The notes beneath the pieces are model-generated. The model had not been told where the DNA came from and searched no databases. It saw only the letters and a list, made by a program, of their open reading frames with translations. Positions 38,001 through 49,599 of a DNA stretch of 64,000 bases are shown piece after piece (position 1 is the first letter of the stretch; every line of letters begins with the position of its first letter). Origin of the DNA: Octopus vulgaris. Lineage: Eukaryota. The stretch is taken from contig OX597824.1 in NCBI GenBank assembly GCA_951406725.2, forward strand, positions 47,864,001 to 47,928,000, given 5' to 3'. A program made the translations under genes and the position numbers.

Positions 38001-41000
38001 ATAAGTCTGGAGAGATAGTAGAAATACTAAAGTGGAAACATGTAAATGTGCATTGTGTGCAAGAGTTAAGATGGAGAGGAACCTTAATCAGATTCCTCAC
38101 AGGGAAAGAACAAAGGTAAAAATTCTTGAGGGCAGGCAGTAAGATTCATAGAATTTATCTCATAATTATAATCACCTTTCAACACCTCCATCTCTTTCTC
38201 CAAAGATTTACATTCAGTACTCTTTTCTTCATAGGCACTCTGTATTTTAACTATTTCTTGCTTGGAAGTTTTTGATTCCTTATCATTCTCAATCATATAT
38301 TTGGTCAGTTGATTCACCATTTCTTTGTGATCCGCATAAGCAACTTTTGACATCTCTTCAATTTAATTTGAAAGACAATCAGATAAAAATAAAATGTTAT
38401 GTTAGTTTAATTGTGATTAGGCATCATCATCATAATGCATGCTTATTGTTAATATTGTGTGAGTAATAACCTCTTTTTTGAATTAACATTAGCAATACTA
38501 CTTATTGATGACTTGGCAAACAAGCACAGACAGTGTAGGGTTGAGATAAAATTATCTCAGGTATTCTCTGTAAAATGCTTAGAATTAGGGAAAATGTGCA
38601 GCTGTAGAAACAATGTCAAAAATGGAACATACAATTAGGGCCAGTGCAAGGAAACATGGGGCCCAATTAGAGAATTGTCAGTGGGGTCCCTCTACTCTAC
38701 ACAAGCTGAAGATTGATGTTGTATGCTTCATGTAGTATGCCAGTCCCAGCCAAAATGCATTGAAAGCTTGTGGCTCCACCATTAGCCATAAAGATATGCT
38801 AAAAATTCATTATAATGTCCTCTGTTTGAGTGTGTGTACAGGACCCTCTCTTGGCATGGGGCCCAATTTGAACAAATCTGTCTAATTGGCTTAAAATCAG
38901 CCCTGCATACAATTAAGCCATAGTTCTCTGTGTTTAGAAGAGCAGTAGCATTAGAAAAGATCATAATGCCTGCTTTGAGCCCAAGGTAACATGGATATAT
39001 GATGATAGTGACAATCTAGGAATAAATTGAATGTTTCACATAAACTAAATTGTTTTACGTTGCATTTATACAAATTTCTATTAAGTACTTGGATAGTTGA
39101 CATCTATTACTTGATATATCTTTTTCATATTCAGGCATTAAAAAAAAAAACCCAAACAAACTTCCAGTGTCTTTGATTTTACCATGTGCAGTAACTACAT
39201 TTAAATGTAACTTGGGAGCAACATAACAAGCATTATTGCCAGGAAAGATGCTTTGGTAGAGTGACAGTGCTATAAAAATTTAGGTACAGGTAAAATATAT
39301 TAACTTTTTGTTTAAAAGCATCAATATCTTTAAATACAACTTCCAAAATAAACAATATAAAACATAGAAACTATTGTTTCTGCCCTTCTTTAAAGAAGAA
39401 AATAGTAAATGAAATAAAATTTAAACACACACACAAAAGTTAAACTAGAATTACCATTCACTTTTCTCTTGTAATTATTGTAATCAGTTTTTATTCTGCT
39501 AAACACCATATCATGATCAAATTTCAACTGATTTATATGAGACTGGAATAATTTTATCAAAGTGACTATCCTATTTTCATGTTTAAGTTTCAAAACTTTT
39601 ATCTGTTCTTCCAGTGATTTATTCTTGGTAAGTTCTTGTCTATGGGCATTTTGTATTTTTAAAATTTGTTGTTTTGAAGATTTCACTTGCTCATCTTTTT
39701 CATTCAGGCATTGCTTCAGCTCTTTCGTAATTTCATTGTATTCCTTTTCAGTTTTTACTTGCTTCTCTTTCCTTTGTTCTTAAAAACAATGAAAAAAATT
39801 AATTTGCCAGATTAGTTTAATATTATTTGGTAGTCATACAAATGTTTTTATTGTGTGAATAATGGCTTATTTATTAACTTAGTAATACAACTTATAGATC
39901 TAAAAAGCAATTGACCTATTTGTATTAACTACATTGCTCTACTTTGTGCTAATATAGATCTTAAACATCTATGTACATAAATAAGTCAGGCATTTAATAG
40001 CTCTTTCTTGCTCTGTCACCTTTATATTCAGGTATTAACAAATATAAAAAAAACTCCCCAAAACATCAAGCATGGTAGCTGTATTTAAATAAGGTTCAGT
40101 AATGAAGTTGTAAATATTATTGCTTGAAATGTCTTTTTGGTAGAATATTGCTATAGAAATTTATGTACAGGTAAAAGATATGATCCTGTAGTTTAAAAGC
40201 ATCAATAACATTAATTTCAAATAGTAATAATTTCAAGAACATAACAAAACCCCGTCTACATGAAACATGTTGAAGGGGTTTTGTTATGAACCGAGGAAAT
40301 GAACCAGTTCAATGTTCTATTACTAAGCTATTGACTATCTACAAATTACCTCATAATTTATAGTAAATATTTACTGTTAATCAGAGGTGAAGTGTGGAAA
40401 AGGCCACAGAGATGCAAAATGTCAAAAGTAAAAAATAAGGTGGTAATAATAAATATAAGAAAATAGTTTTTCCTCCCAGCAATACTTGCTTTGCCCCAGG
40501 TACTGGCAACTCATGCTATGTCACTGCTGTCAATAAAAGGAAAATATTTTGCTATTGTACACCAAAGAAAATATGTTAAATAGTGGGTAGTGAAAAAAAA
40601 AAAAGAACTTATTTCAAATTAAAAAAATAATTAATTTGTGTTTTTATACAACTTTACTTCTTTCTTATACTTGTTTTAGATTTATCTGAAATATATATAT
40701 ATTTACACAAAGTAATAGAACACATTGAAAAATTGGAAAACCCTGTTTTTATTATCAAACATTTTTATCATCAGACAAGTCAGGGTTTGGTAAGCACACA
40801 CAATTCAGTTTTAGCTTAACCTGCTGAAAATAACAGGCAATATCTCACAAATTCATCACAAATTATCACTGTCATCTAATGTCCATCTTCCCTGCTGACA
40901 TAACTTGGACAATTCAGCAGGAACCAACATGTTGGAGGACTACACCAAGCTCCAATGTCTGCCTTAGCATGGTTTCCAGGGCTGGATGCTCCTCCTGGCA

Positions 41001-42976
41001 CCAACCACGTTACAGAATGTATTGAGTGCATTTTTCATGTCACTAACATTAGTGAGGTTGCCATGTAATTACTAAAACTAAAAATCCCCTTGGCTAAATA
41101 GGAATATAGTAGAGAAAGAGAGAGAGACAGAGAACATGCGTTAGGTGTCAAGAAGTTAATGTGTAAAAGGAATATATTACTTGCTATACTATTAAATAAA
41201 GGCTATATTGATCAACATAGATTCTAGACATAGAAAAGGTGAAACTATCATGACTCAAATACCTTCCATCATTGTGTTTTTACATGACAAACTATATTTT
41301 GAGCCAAGTAGAAAGGCCTCTTCATGGGTGTATGACCTGATTGATACCAGCTCAAGTTTTCCTCAAATAACACACTACCCTCTTAAATTAGGATATATTA
41401 GAAAATGTAATCCCATATATATATACAAACAGATGAAATGATTATATTCATGCTGATGCATAATAATGATTATGGTAGGGTTACTATTCTTGTGCTAAAG
41501 GTCACATAGATTCATTGACGGTACAGATGACAAAGCTGATAGAATAACAAGCAATTAACCCAAGAGGTTGATGTTTCATTTTTGGGTAGCATCTGCCAGT
41601 TTTGGGGCCTATAAAGAACACCTGTGGAAGAGGATGAAGAGAAATTTCTGAAGTGACCGTGAAGTCCAAGTAACTACCAATAGCATAAGCTTCAGAGGTT
41701 TCACATATATATGTGTGTATATACAGGGGTTGGACAAAATAATAGAAACACCTACCATCAAAGCATCATAATTTTGAAATATCTATAAAACCGTCAAAAG
41801 CTTGTTTATTTTTATGTTTTTTGATTCATTATTATTGCTTCTTAATATGTTTTGCTAAAATTGCTGTTTCTTTTCAGATACCATCAAAGAAAGGTAATTA
41901 AAATTCATTAAAATGACAGATCTATTGGACTTTCAAAAGGTAAATTGTTGGTGCTTGTATGGTAGGTGCTAGTGTAACAAAAACAGCCAAAATGTTTGGT
42001 GTATCAAGAGGTACTGTCTTGTAAGTAATGACAGCCTTTGAGATAGAGGGAAAAACCTCCTCGTCGAAACAAAGCTCTGGGAGAAAACCAAAACTTTCAG
42101 ATAGGAACTATCAGACTCTTATACGAATTGTTAGAAAGGATCACAAAAGTACAGCTCCCAAAATTACTGCAGAGTTTAATGACCACTTTGAGAACCCAGT
42201 TTCCACAAAATATGTTCGCCAAGAGCTGCACAAAGCCAGATTTCATGGGAGGGTTGCAATCAGAAAACCACTACTTTCAAAAACAAACGTTGCAAAGCAT
42301 TTAGAGTGGAGTAAAAACCTAGAGCAGTGGAAGAATGTTATTTTCTTGGACAAGTCATCCTCTACCTTATTTCCAATCACTGGCCGAGTATACGTGTGGA
42401 GACAGCCAAAAGAAGCATTTGACCTAGACTGCCTTCTTCTAACTGCCTTCTTCTAACATGGAGGAGGATCAGTGATGATCTGGGGGCACTATATCTTGGA
42501 AATCCACCAGCCCAATGGTTTTGCTTCATAGCAGAATTAATAGTCAAGACTATTCAAGCATTTTAATTGATCAAATTCATCCTAATGTTGTGGAGCTGTT
42601 TCCGGTGGGAAACACAATCTCTCCAGATGATAATGCACCAATTCACAGGGCTAAAGTTGTTACTGAATGGCATGAGGAACATTCTAGTGAAGTTGAAGAT
42701 CTTATCTGGCCACCACAGTCTCCAGATCTCAATATTATTGAACATTTATAGTGCATTTTAGAAAAACAAGTAAGGAGTTGATATCCTCCACCATCATCAC
42801 TACAAGAACTGGAGACTGTTTTAGCTGAAGAATGGACAAAATTTCCTTTGGAAACAATCCAAACTTTGTACGAGTCCATACCTTGTAGAATTCAAGCTGT
42901 AATTACTGCCAAAGGTGGTCCTACCTCAGAATAAATTTGTCTGAAATTTTAAGGTGTTTCCATTATTTTGTCCAAC

Positions 42977-43030
<54 letters not shown>

Positions 43031-46000
43031 AATAATAATAATATTAGGGAATATGATTCCAAACTTGCAGGGAAAAATTCAATTTAGTAATACTAAATCA
43101 AATTTCACAATATATAATACACGTATACAAATTAGAGAAGAACCACCATGTAGTAATTCAACAATGATATACTTAAATCATACCATATAGAAAAAAAAAT
43201 TAAAGATACAATAAAATATTTAGCTAGAACTAAATAAAGTACGAAATAATAAATGAATAGTATATAATTAGTAAATTGACTACACGTGTTTCCTGGCTAT
43301 ATTTTCAAATTGATAACAATAAAATCAATTCAATTTAAATATAGTCACTCATGAGATCCAAGATAAAAACAATAAAATAATTAAATAAATGTACATATAT
43401 TATTTTATAAGAAAATATAAATACATATAAAAATACATAAATTTTCAATAAAAAATTGAACAAAATCACGAAATATCTTATCAAATATATTCTGTTAACT
43501 AAATCTTTTAACCTAATACATAGGACTTGGTGTTTATAATAAATTTATCTCATTAAAAACGTGGTGTAAATAAAACTAAAATAAATATATAGAAATATTT
43601 ATTTTATCTATGAAAATATATTTTAGCTTATAAAAAAAATAACAAACTATAGTATATCATTACTGGAAAATTAAAATACAATTAAAACAAAATATTTAAA
43701 ACAAAATACATAATATACATAAAATAAAATACATAATATACATTAAGTGAAGCTAAAATACTATAATTTAATCTATATCCATTAAATTATTTATTTATTT
43801 ATTTAATAAACATCTAAGTTCAGGGCTTGTGCTTATAGTAGAAAGAATTATTATTATTACCTTGAAAATTCTTTTTCTGTTTTCCCAGTGATTTACTCTT
43901 GGTAACCTTTTTTTTGTAGGCATTTTGTATTTTGAAAACTTTTTGCTTGGAAGTCTTCACCTTCCTCATTTCAATGTCTTTTTTTCCAGTGTTTATTTGC
44001 TCTTGAAAACATTGAAATAAAAATAATTTACTTGGTTAGTTTAACCCTTTAGCATTTAAACATTTAAACTGACCATATTTGGCCCAAATATTCTACATAT
44101 TTTATGTTAAAAAAGTCCAGATCCAACCTCTCACACCTACCCTATAATGTCATTCTGAAAATAAACAATTACATCATTGAAATATCAAAGCTACAAGAAA
44201 AGCCATAATTAATTCAAAACAATGTGAATAAATAAACNNNNNNNNNNNNNNNNNNNNNNNNNNNNNNNNNNNNNNNNNNNNNNNNNNNNNNNNNNNNNNN
44301 NNNNNNNNNNNNNNNNNNNNNNNNNNNNNNNNNNNNNTTCGACAGAAATATGGTAACAAAAGGGTTAAAGGTGTAATATACAAAAAAACCTAATTTAAAA
44401 AAGTTTAACTAAAATTACCATTTATGCAAGTGAAGTCTCTTTTCATCTCATTGTCATCTTGGTCAGCTTTTATTCCTTTATTTTGTTTTTCAAATGGATC
44501 AATATTTTCTTTCAACTTTTGAGACAAAGTTTGTCGAGGTTGCTCCAATTCATTTACATACCGTTTTTCCATAGTCAATTTTTCTACTGCCATTCTGGCA
44601 AGCTTCTTTTCAAATTCAGTACATTTCTTCTCTTTCAAACTAAGCTGGTTCTGTGTTTTGATGCACTTGTTGTTTAGCATATCATTTCGCTTTTGCAAAC
44701 TATTATAAAGGTTTTGGAGTTGTTTTAATTGTTTCATAAGCGATTGATTTTCTTCAGACCCCACTTTTATCTTTTCTCTCAAGTTTTTACAAAGCCTTTG
44801 TTCACTTTCAAGTTGGTATTCCAACTCTTGTTTTTTAAGCAAACTATTTTCATAATCTAGCAGCATCTCTTCTTGTTTTGGTAGTTTTATAGAAAATTTT
44901 TCTTTTTCTGATTTCATTTCAATATAACTTTTAGCTTTTTGTCTCAGAGTAGATATTTCAGAGCCAAACATCTTATTCTGAGTTTTTTTATTCCTTTCCA
45001 AGTTCTGTGCAAAATTAACCATTTTCTTAAAAAAAAAAAGAAAAAGAAAATCATTATAAGTTAGCATTAAATAATTGTTGATGTCTATGACTGGGATACT
45101 TTACTAGAGAGAAATAGAATCAAATTTTGGTATAAACATAATATTTACTCTTATATAAGACACACAACTGTCTGCTTGTTAAATTTTAAAAATGGGAGAA
45201 CTCGAAGAGTAGCAAAAATATATGTATCCAGCCATACAATATTGGCTTGAGTATGTTATTTGTCCTTTCACTTTTACATCTATTTTTCATGCTAGCATGA
45301 GTGAGTTGAATATATTATTGGATCCTGGATGCCTCCCCTATCACTAATCCAAACTTTTTTTTTTTTTGTTTTTAAGTAATGGATTTTTTTATTTCACATG
45401 TCTATGGAGAAATGAAACAAATCAATGATTTGTTGACAAGAGCAGTGACAGCAACACCATTTGTAGCTTGTAACTTTTAGAACACAAATGTAAACACACA
45501 CACACACATACATATGTGTGTGTATGTGTATGTATGTATGTATACATACACACACACATACATCCATATGTGTATGTGTATGTATGTATACATACACACA
45601 CACACACATACATCCATATGTGTATGTGTATGTATGTATACATACACACACACACACACACACGTATATTCACACACGACAGTCTTATTTCAGTTACCAG
45701 CTACTTAATTCTCTTCCAAGGCTTCAGTTGGCCTAGAAATAGAAGACACTTGCCCAAGATACCACAAGGTGGAACTGAATCTGATATCAGGTGGTTGGGG
45801 AGCAACCTTCTTGACCACACAGCCACATCTATGACAATCATACAAATACATTTTCATATATATTAACCCTTTAGTATTTAAATTGGCCAAAATTTTCTAC
45901 CTGTTTTAAGTCCAAACAGGTCAGACACAGCCTCTTACACCCATCCTACAATGACTTTCTGAAAATAACATTCATATCATCCAAATCACAAAGCTATAGG

Positions 46001-46391
46001 ATAATGCATGATTAATTAAAAACAATATGAATAAATAAGCATTACATTTGACAGAGCAATCTGAATACTAAAGGGTTAAATATATGTTAGAAGGGAATCA
46101 TTACATGATAAGACTTTGAAGAAAATAAATCAAAAATATGATATGCAGTAGAATTTCCAGTCACAGTTACAAGTAATGAAAATTTTGAAACCATATTACA
46201 AATAGGCACAGATTTGGCTGTGTGGTAAGAAAGTTGCTTTCCAATCACATGATTCTGGGTTCAGTCCCACTGTGTAGCAACTTGGGCAAATGTCTTCTAC
46301 TATAACCTCAGGCTGACCAAAGCCTTGTGATTTGGTAGACAGAAACTGAAAGAAGCCTGTCATGTGTATGTATATGTGTGTGTTTGTGTGT

Positions 46392-46447
<56 letters not shown>

Positions 46448-46976
46448 ATGTTCCCCACTCCACTGCTTGACAACTGGTGTTAGTGTGTTTACATCCCTGT
46501 AACTTAGCAGTTCAGCAAAACAGAGTGATAGTATAAGTACTAGGCTTTAAAAAAAAGAGTTCTGGGGTCAATTTATTCAACTGGCTGCAGTCAAATGACC
46601 GAAACAAGTAAACCAACAAAAAAAAAATGTTTAAGTGAAGCTGATAATCTTAATGCAGTTCTGAACGGCTAGCTTATATCTTCCATGCTGCCATCACATA
46701 TCACAAGTAATATTTTTTGTCTCAATAATACAATCATTGTAAAATAAAATACACATTTTGCTTTCAAAAATCCACCTGCCTAAACTCACTGACCTTCAAT
46801 ATTAATGCCAGCTCAATTCTTACATTAGAAAGTTCTACGTGTATTGGATTAGTCTTTACTTGCTGTTGTAGTTCTGAATTGTATCTTGCTTCAGTCTGTT
46901 CCCAATATGATTCTTTTGCATAAAAGGGTTCAGCATCTTCTGTCAGCTTCTCAATAATATGCTGCTTATTTGAAAT
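33426..46976 (-). CDS. Uncharacterised long coiled-coil protein; exons 46976-46794, 45025-44419, 44001-43861, 39778-39455, 38355-38176, 36867-36554, 33581-33426; 5' end uncertain
   Basis: GT-AG exons join without stops (phases 0,1,1,1,1,0); K/E/Q/L-rich; about 572 aa from the first in-frame ATG at 45022; two acceptors (38355, 36867) are weak. Confidence 0.65.
36554..36867 (-). CDS. Coiled-coil gene exon F
   Basis: taaag|AT...AAG|gtaatt; ORF 36539..36925. Confidence 0.7.
36954..37050. mobile_element. 97-bp mini-MITE bounded by TTAA
   Basis: ttaaaacaggttgatttggcc...ggccgaatcaacctgttttaa. Confidence 0.65.
37950..38135 (+). mobile_element. RTE-type AP endonuclease N-terminal fragment
   Basis: FRAASANVDTM...VHCVQELRWRG resembles the EN motif NV.T...CVQETRW.G. 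Confidence 0.65.
38176..38355 (-). CDS. Coiled-coil gene exon E
   Basis: Weak acceptor ttgaag|AG, donor AAG|gtgatt; SKTSKQEIVKIQSAYEEKSTECKSL. Confidence 0.6.
38636..38905. mobile_element. hAT-type MITE
   Basis: tagggcc...cagccctg ends, perfect 8-bp TSD catacaat, internal ggggccc repeats. Confidence 0.8.
39455..39778 (-). CDS. Coiled-coil gene exon D
   Basis: tttttaag|AA...AATG|gtaatt; VKSSKQQILKIQNAHRQELTKNKSL. Confidence 0.75.
41724..42981 (+). mobile_element. Full-length but disrupted Tc1-like transposon (DD36E spacing)
   Basis: TIRs caggggttggacaaaataatagaaacacct / aggtgtttccattattttgtccaacccct, flanked by TA; SGRKPKL, DNAPIH, WPPQSPDLNIIE. Confidence 0.92.
43040..43800 (-). mobile_element. 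AT-rich Penelope-like terminal repeat remnant; related to 47050-47340
   Basis: Shared end attccaaactt(g/a)cagggaaaaattcaatttag; contains a hammerhead-like motif. Confidence 0.5.
43277..43359 (-). ncRNA. Decayed minimal type I hammerhead ribozyme
   Basis: gat-CUCAUGAG-ugacuauauuu...aaauauagcca-g-GAAAC-ACGU-GUA-guc; core G5 mutated. Confidence 0.55.
43861..44001 (-). CDS. Coiled-coil gene exon C
   Basis: ttttcaag|AG...CAAG|gtaata; VKTSKQKVFKIQNAYKKKVTKSKSL. Confidence 0.7.
44238..44337. other. Assembly gap (100 N)
   Basis: Run of N inside a piggyBac-like MITE. Confidence 1.
44419..45025 (-). CDS. Coiled-coil gene exon B (607 nt)
   Basis: Long polypyrimidine tract ttttaag|AAAATG...AATG|gtaatt; ORF 44405..45067. 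Confidence 0.8.
46794..46976 (-). CDS. Coiled-coil gene exon A (alternative in-frame donor at 46776)
   Basis: tctcaag|ATT...AAG|gtcagt within ORF 46764..47030. Confidence 0.6.
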
Positions 46977-47125
46977 CTTGAGACATACATTTGAAAAAAT
47001 TATATAACATATAACCATAACTGACTGCACTATATATATATAATAATAATAATAATATGAGGGGAAATTATTCCAAACTTACAGGGAAAAATTCAATTTA
47101 GAAATACTAAATCAAATTTCACGAA

Positions 47126-47189
<64 letters not shown>

Positions 47190-47195
<6 letters not shown>

Positions 47196-47512
47196 AATTA
47201 GAAAAGACCACCTTTTATCAATTCAATAATGAAAAATTAAATTATAGCATTTAGAAAATTTACATATAATAGAAAGATTAAATATAAGATAAAACATATA
47301 ACAATGATTAAGTAATGTGCAAAATAATAAATAAAACATCATATATATACCAAATATATACGTTTTATTTATTATTTTGCACATTACTTAATCATTGTTA
47401 TATGTTTTATCTTATATTTAATCTTTCTATAATATGTAAATTTTCTAAATGCTATGATTTAATTTTTCATTATTGAATTGATAAAAGGTGTTTTTTTCTA
47501 ATTTATATATAT
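47190..47512. repeat. ~148-bp near-perfect inverted repeat with ~24-bp spacer
   Basis: aaattagaaaagaccaccttttatc...aataaataaaac is mirrored from 47362. Confidence 0.9.
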
Positions 47513-47526
47513 ATATATATTTAATT

Positions 47527-48108
47527 AGCTAGTTAGAAAATCTCTATAAGAGATGAAATCATTAACTATACAGAGAAGTAATGGTTATCGCTACTTAAAC
47601 ATGGCTGTTCAGTAGGAACTGATGTTGCTACCATTTTAACCCCAGGATGACACCTCCTTCAGCTGGTTATTTGATGCAATCTGCACCTGATTTATATTGC
47701 AAGCAGGGGAGTGAACCCCTACAATCTTCAGCCTCTAGACTGGCAGACTGTACAGTTTTGAGCTCTCTATGCTCAATCTTGGTAGTGGACACTTGTCTGC
47801 TAGAGATAACAGTAGTTTACTCCAGCTCACAATATATAGAAAATAAGTGACACCTAGTCACTGATCTTGCAACAAGCTAGTTAGGAAATATCTATAAGAG
47901 ATGAAAGTAGTAACTATACTGAGAAGTAATGGTTATCATCCCTTAAACATGACTGCTCAGTAGGAACCGATGTTACTACCATTTTAACCCCAGGAGGATG
48001 CCTCCTCCAACTGGTTATATCTGCACCCAATATACACTAGGGTTAAAATGGTAGTAATGTCAGTTCCTATGGAAAAATCATGTTTAACAGGCAATAGCCA
48101 TTACTTCT
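47527..48108. repeat. Direct-direct-inverted arrangement of a ~140-bp unit
   Basis: 47527-47670 recurs at 47875-48018; partial inverted copy at 48040-48108. Confidence 0.8.
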
Positions 48109-48636
48109 ACATCTATCTATCTATCTACATATATATATATATATATATATATTAAATATACATACATACATATAGAAATCGAATTCAAATTCGAAGACTG
48201 GCGTCTGTGCTAGTGGAGCGCTAAGAGTACTATACGAGTGTGATCATTGCCAGAGCAAGAAGCTGGCCTCCGTGCCGATGGCACGTAAAAAACACCATTC
48301 GAGCGTGATCGTTACCTGCACTTGTGCTAGTGGTACATGAAAAACCATTCGAGCGAGGTCGTTGCCAGTGGCTCCTGTGCAGGTGGCACATAAAAAGCAC
48401 CATTTGAACGTGACCGTTGCTAGTACCACCTGGCTGGCCTTCATGCCAGTGGCACGTAAAAGTACCCACTATACTTTCGGAGTGGTTGGCGTTAGGAAGG
48501 GCATCCAGCTGTAGAAACTCTGCCAGATCAGATTGGAGTCTGGTGCAGCCATCTGGTTTGCCAGACCTCAGTCAAATCGTCCAACCCACGCTAGCATGGA
48601 AAGCGGACGTTAAATGATGATGATGATGATATATAC

Positions 48637-48697
<61 letters not shown>

Positions 48698-49599
48698 TGT
48701 GTGTGTGTATCCCTTGCTCTTCCCTCTAGCTGCCAACCATGTATCTCCTCTACAGCAGCACACTTGTTTCTGCTTTCACTCTCTCTCCCTGGACAACCAT
48801 GTATCTCCTCTTCAGCAATGCACCTGTTTCTGCTCTCATTTTGATCTCTCTCTCTCTCTCTCCTCTGTCTTTTCCCCCCAGCTAGGTAACTATGTAGCTC
48901 CTTTACAGCAGCACACCTGCTTCTGCCCTGTTTCTTAACTCCCTCTCCCTCTGGCTGGGTAAGGATGTACCCCCTCTACAGCAAGACATTTGTTTCTGTT
49001 TCTCTGTCATACTCTAACCCTTCATCATCTGACACAAGCACACTTCCTCCAATGCTTCATCCCCTCTCAATGATTCCTTGTCTTGTAAAGTTACTTAGTG
49101 ACCCTGCCAGTGCCTGTGCCACTTAAAAGCACCCAGTCCACACCTGTAAAGTGGTTGGCATTTGGAAGGGCATCCAGCTGTAAAAATCATGCCAAAACTG
49201 ATCTTGCCCATGTAAAATGCACTCAGCCTGCTCTGTGGGGTGGCTAGTGATAGGAAGGGCATTCAGCCATAAAAACTATGCTAAAACAGGCATGGAAGTA
49301 GGATGCAATCTTCTGCTTTGCCAGCTTCTGTCAGACTGTCCAACCCATGCCAGCATGGAAGGAGGACGTTAAATGATGATGATGATGATGATATACATAT
49401 ATATGTGTGAAAATATATGTGTGTGTGTGTATACACACACATGCACACAGTTTCATGAGTTGAAGAATGACAAGTAAGAGAGCCTTCTGCAAGATTACAG
49501 GGAGAAGAGTTTGCAGTTATGGCTTTTCCTAGTTGAGGTTGGCTGTAGGAGGTTCCTTGCCTAGTTGGCAAGGAGGATGCTTATAGCCATTGGAATAAG

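Noticed and set aside
46204-46280. tRNA gene-like A/B boxes
   Set aside because: Continues into a SINE body found in many copies; no intact cloverleaf
47540-47580. Possible hammerhead (ctataagagatgaaa)
   Set aside because: No CUGANGA core and no credible stem II
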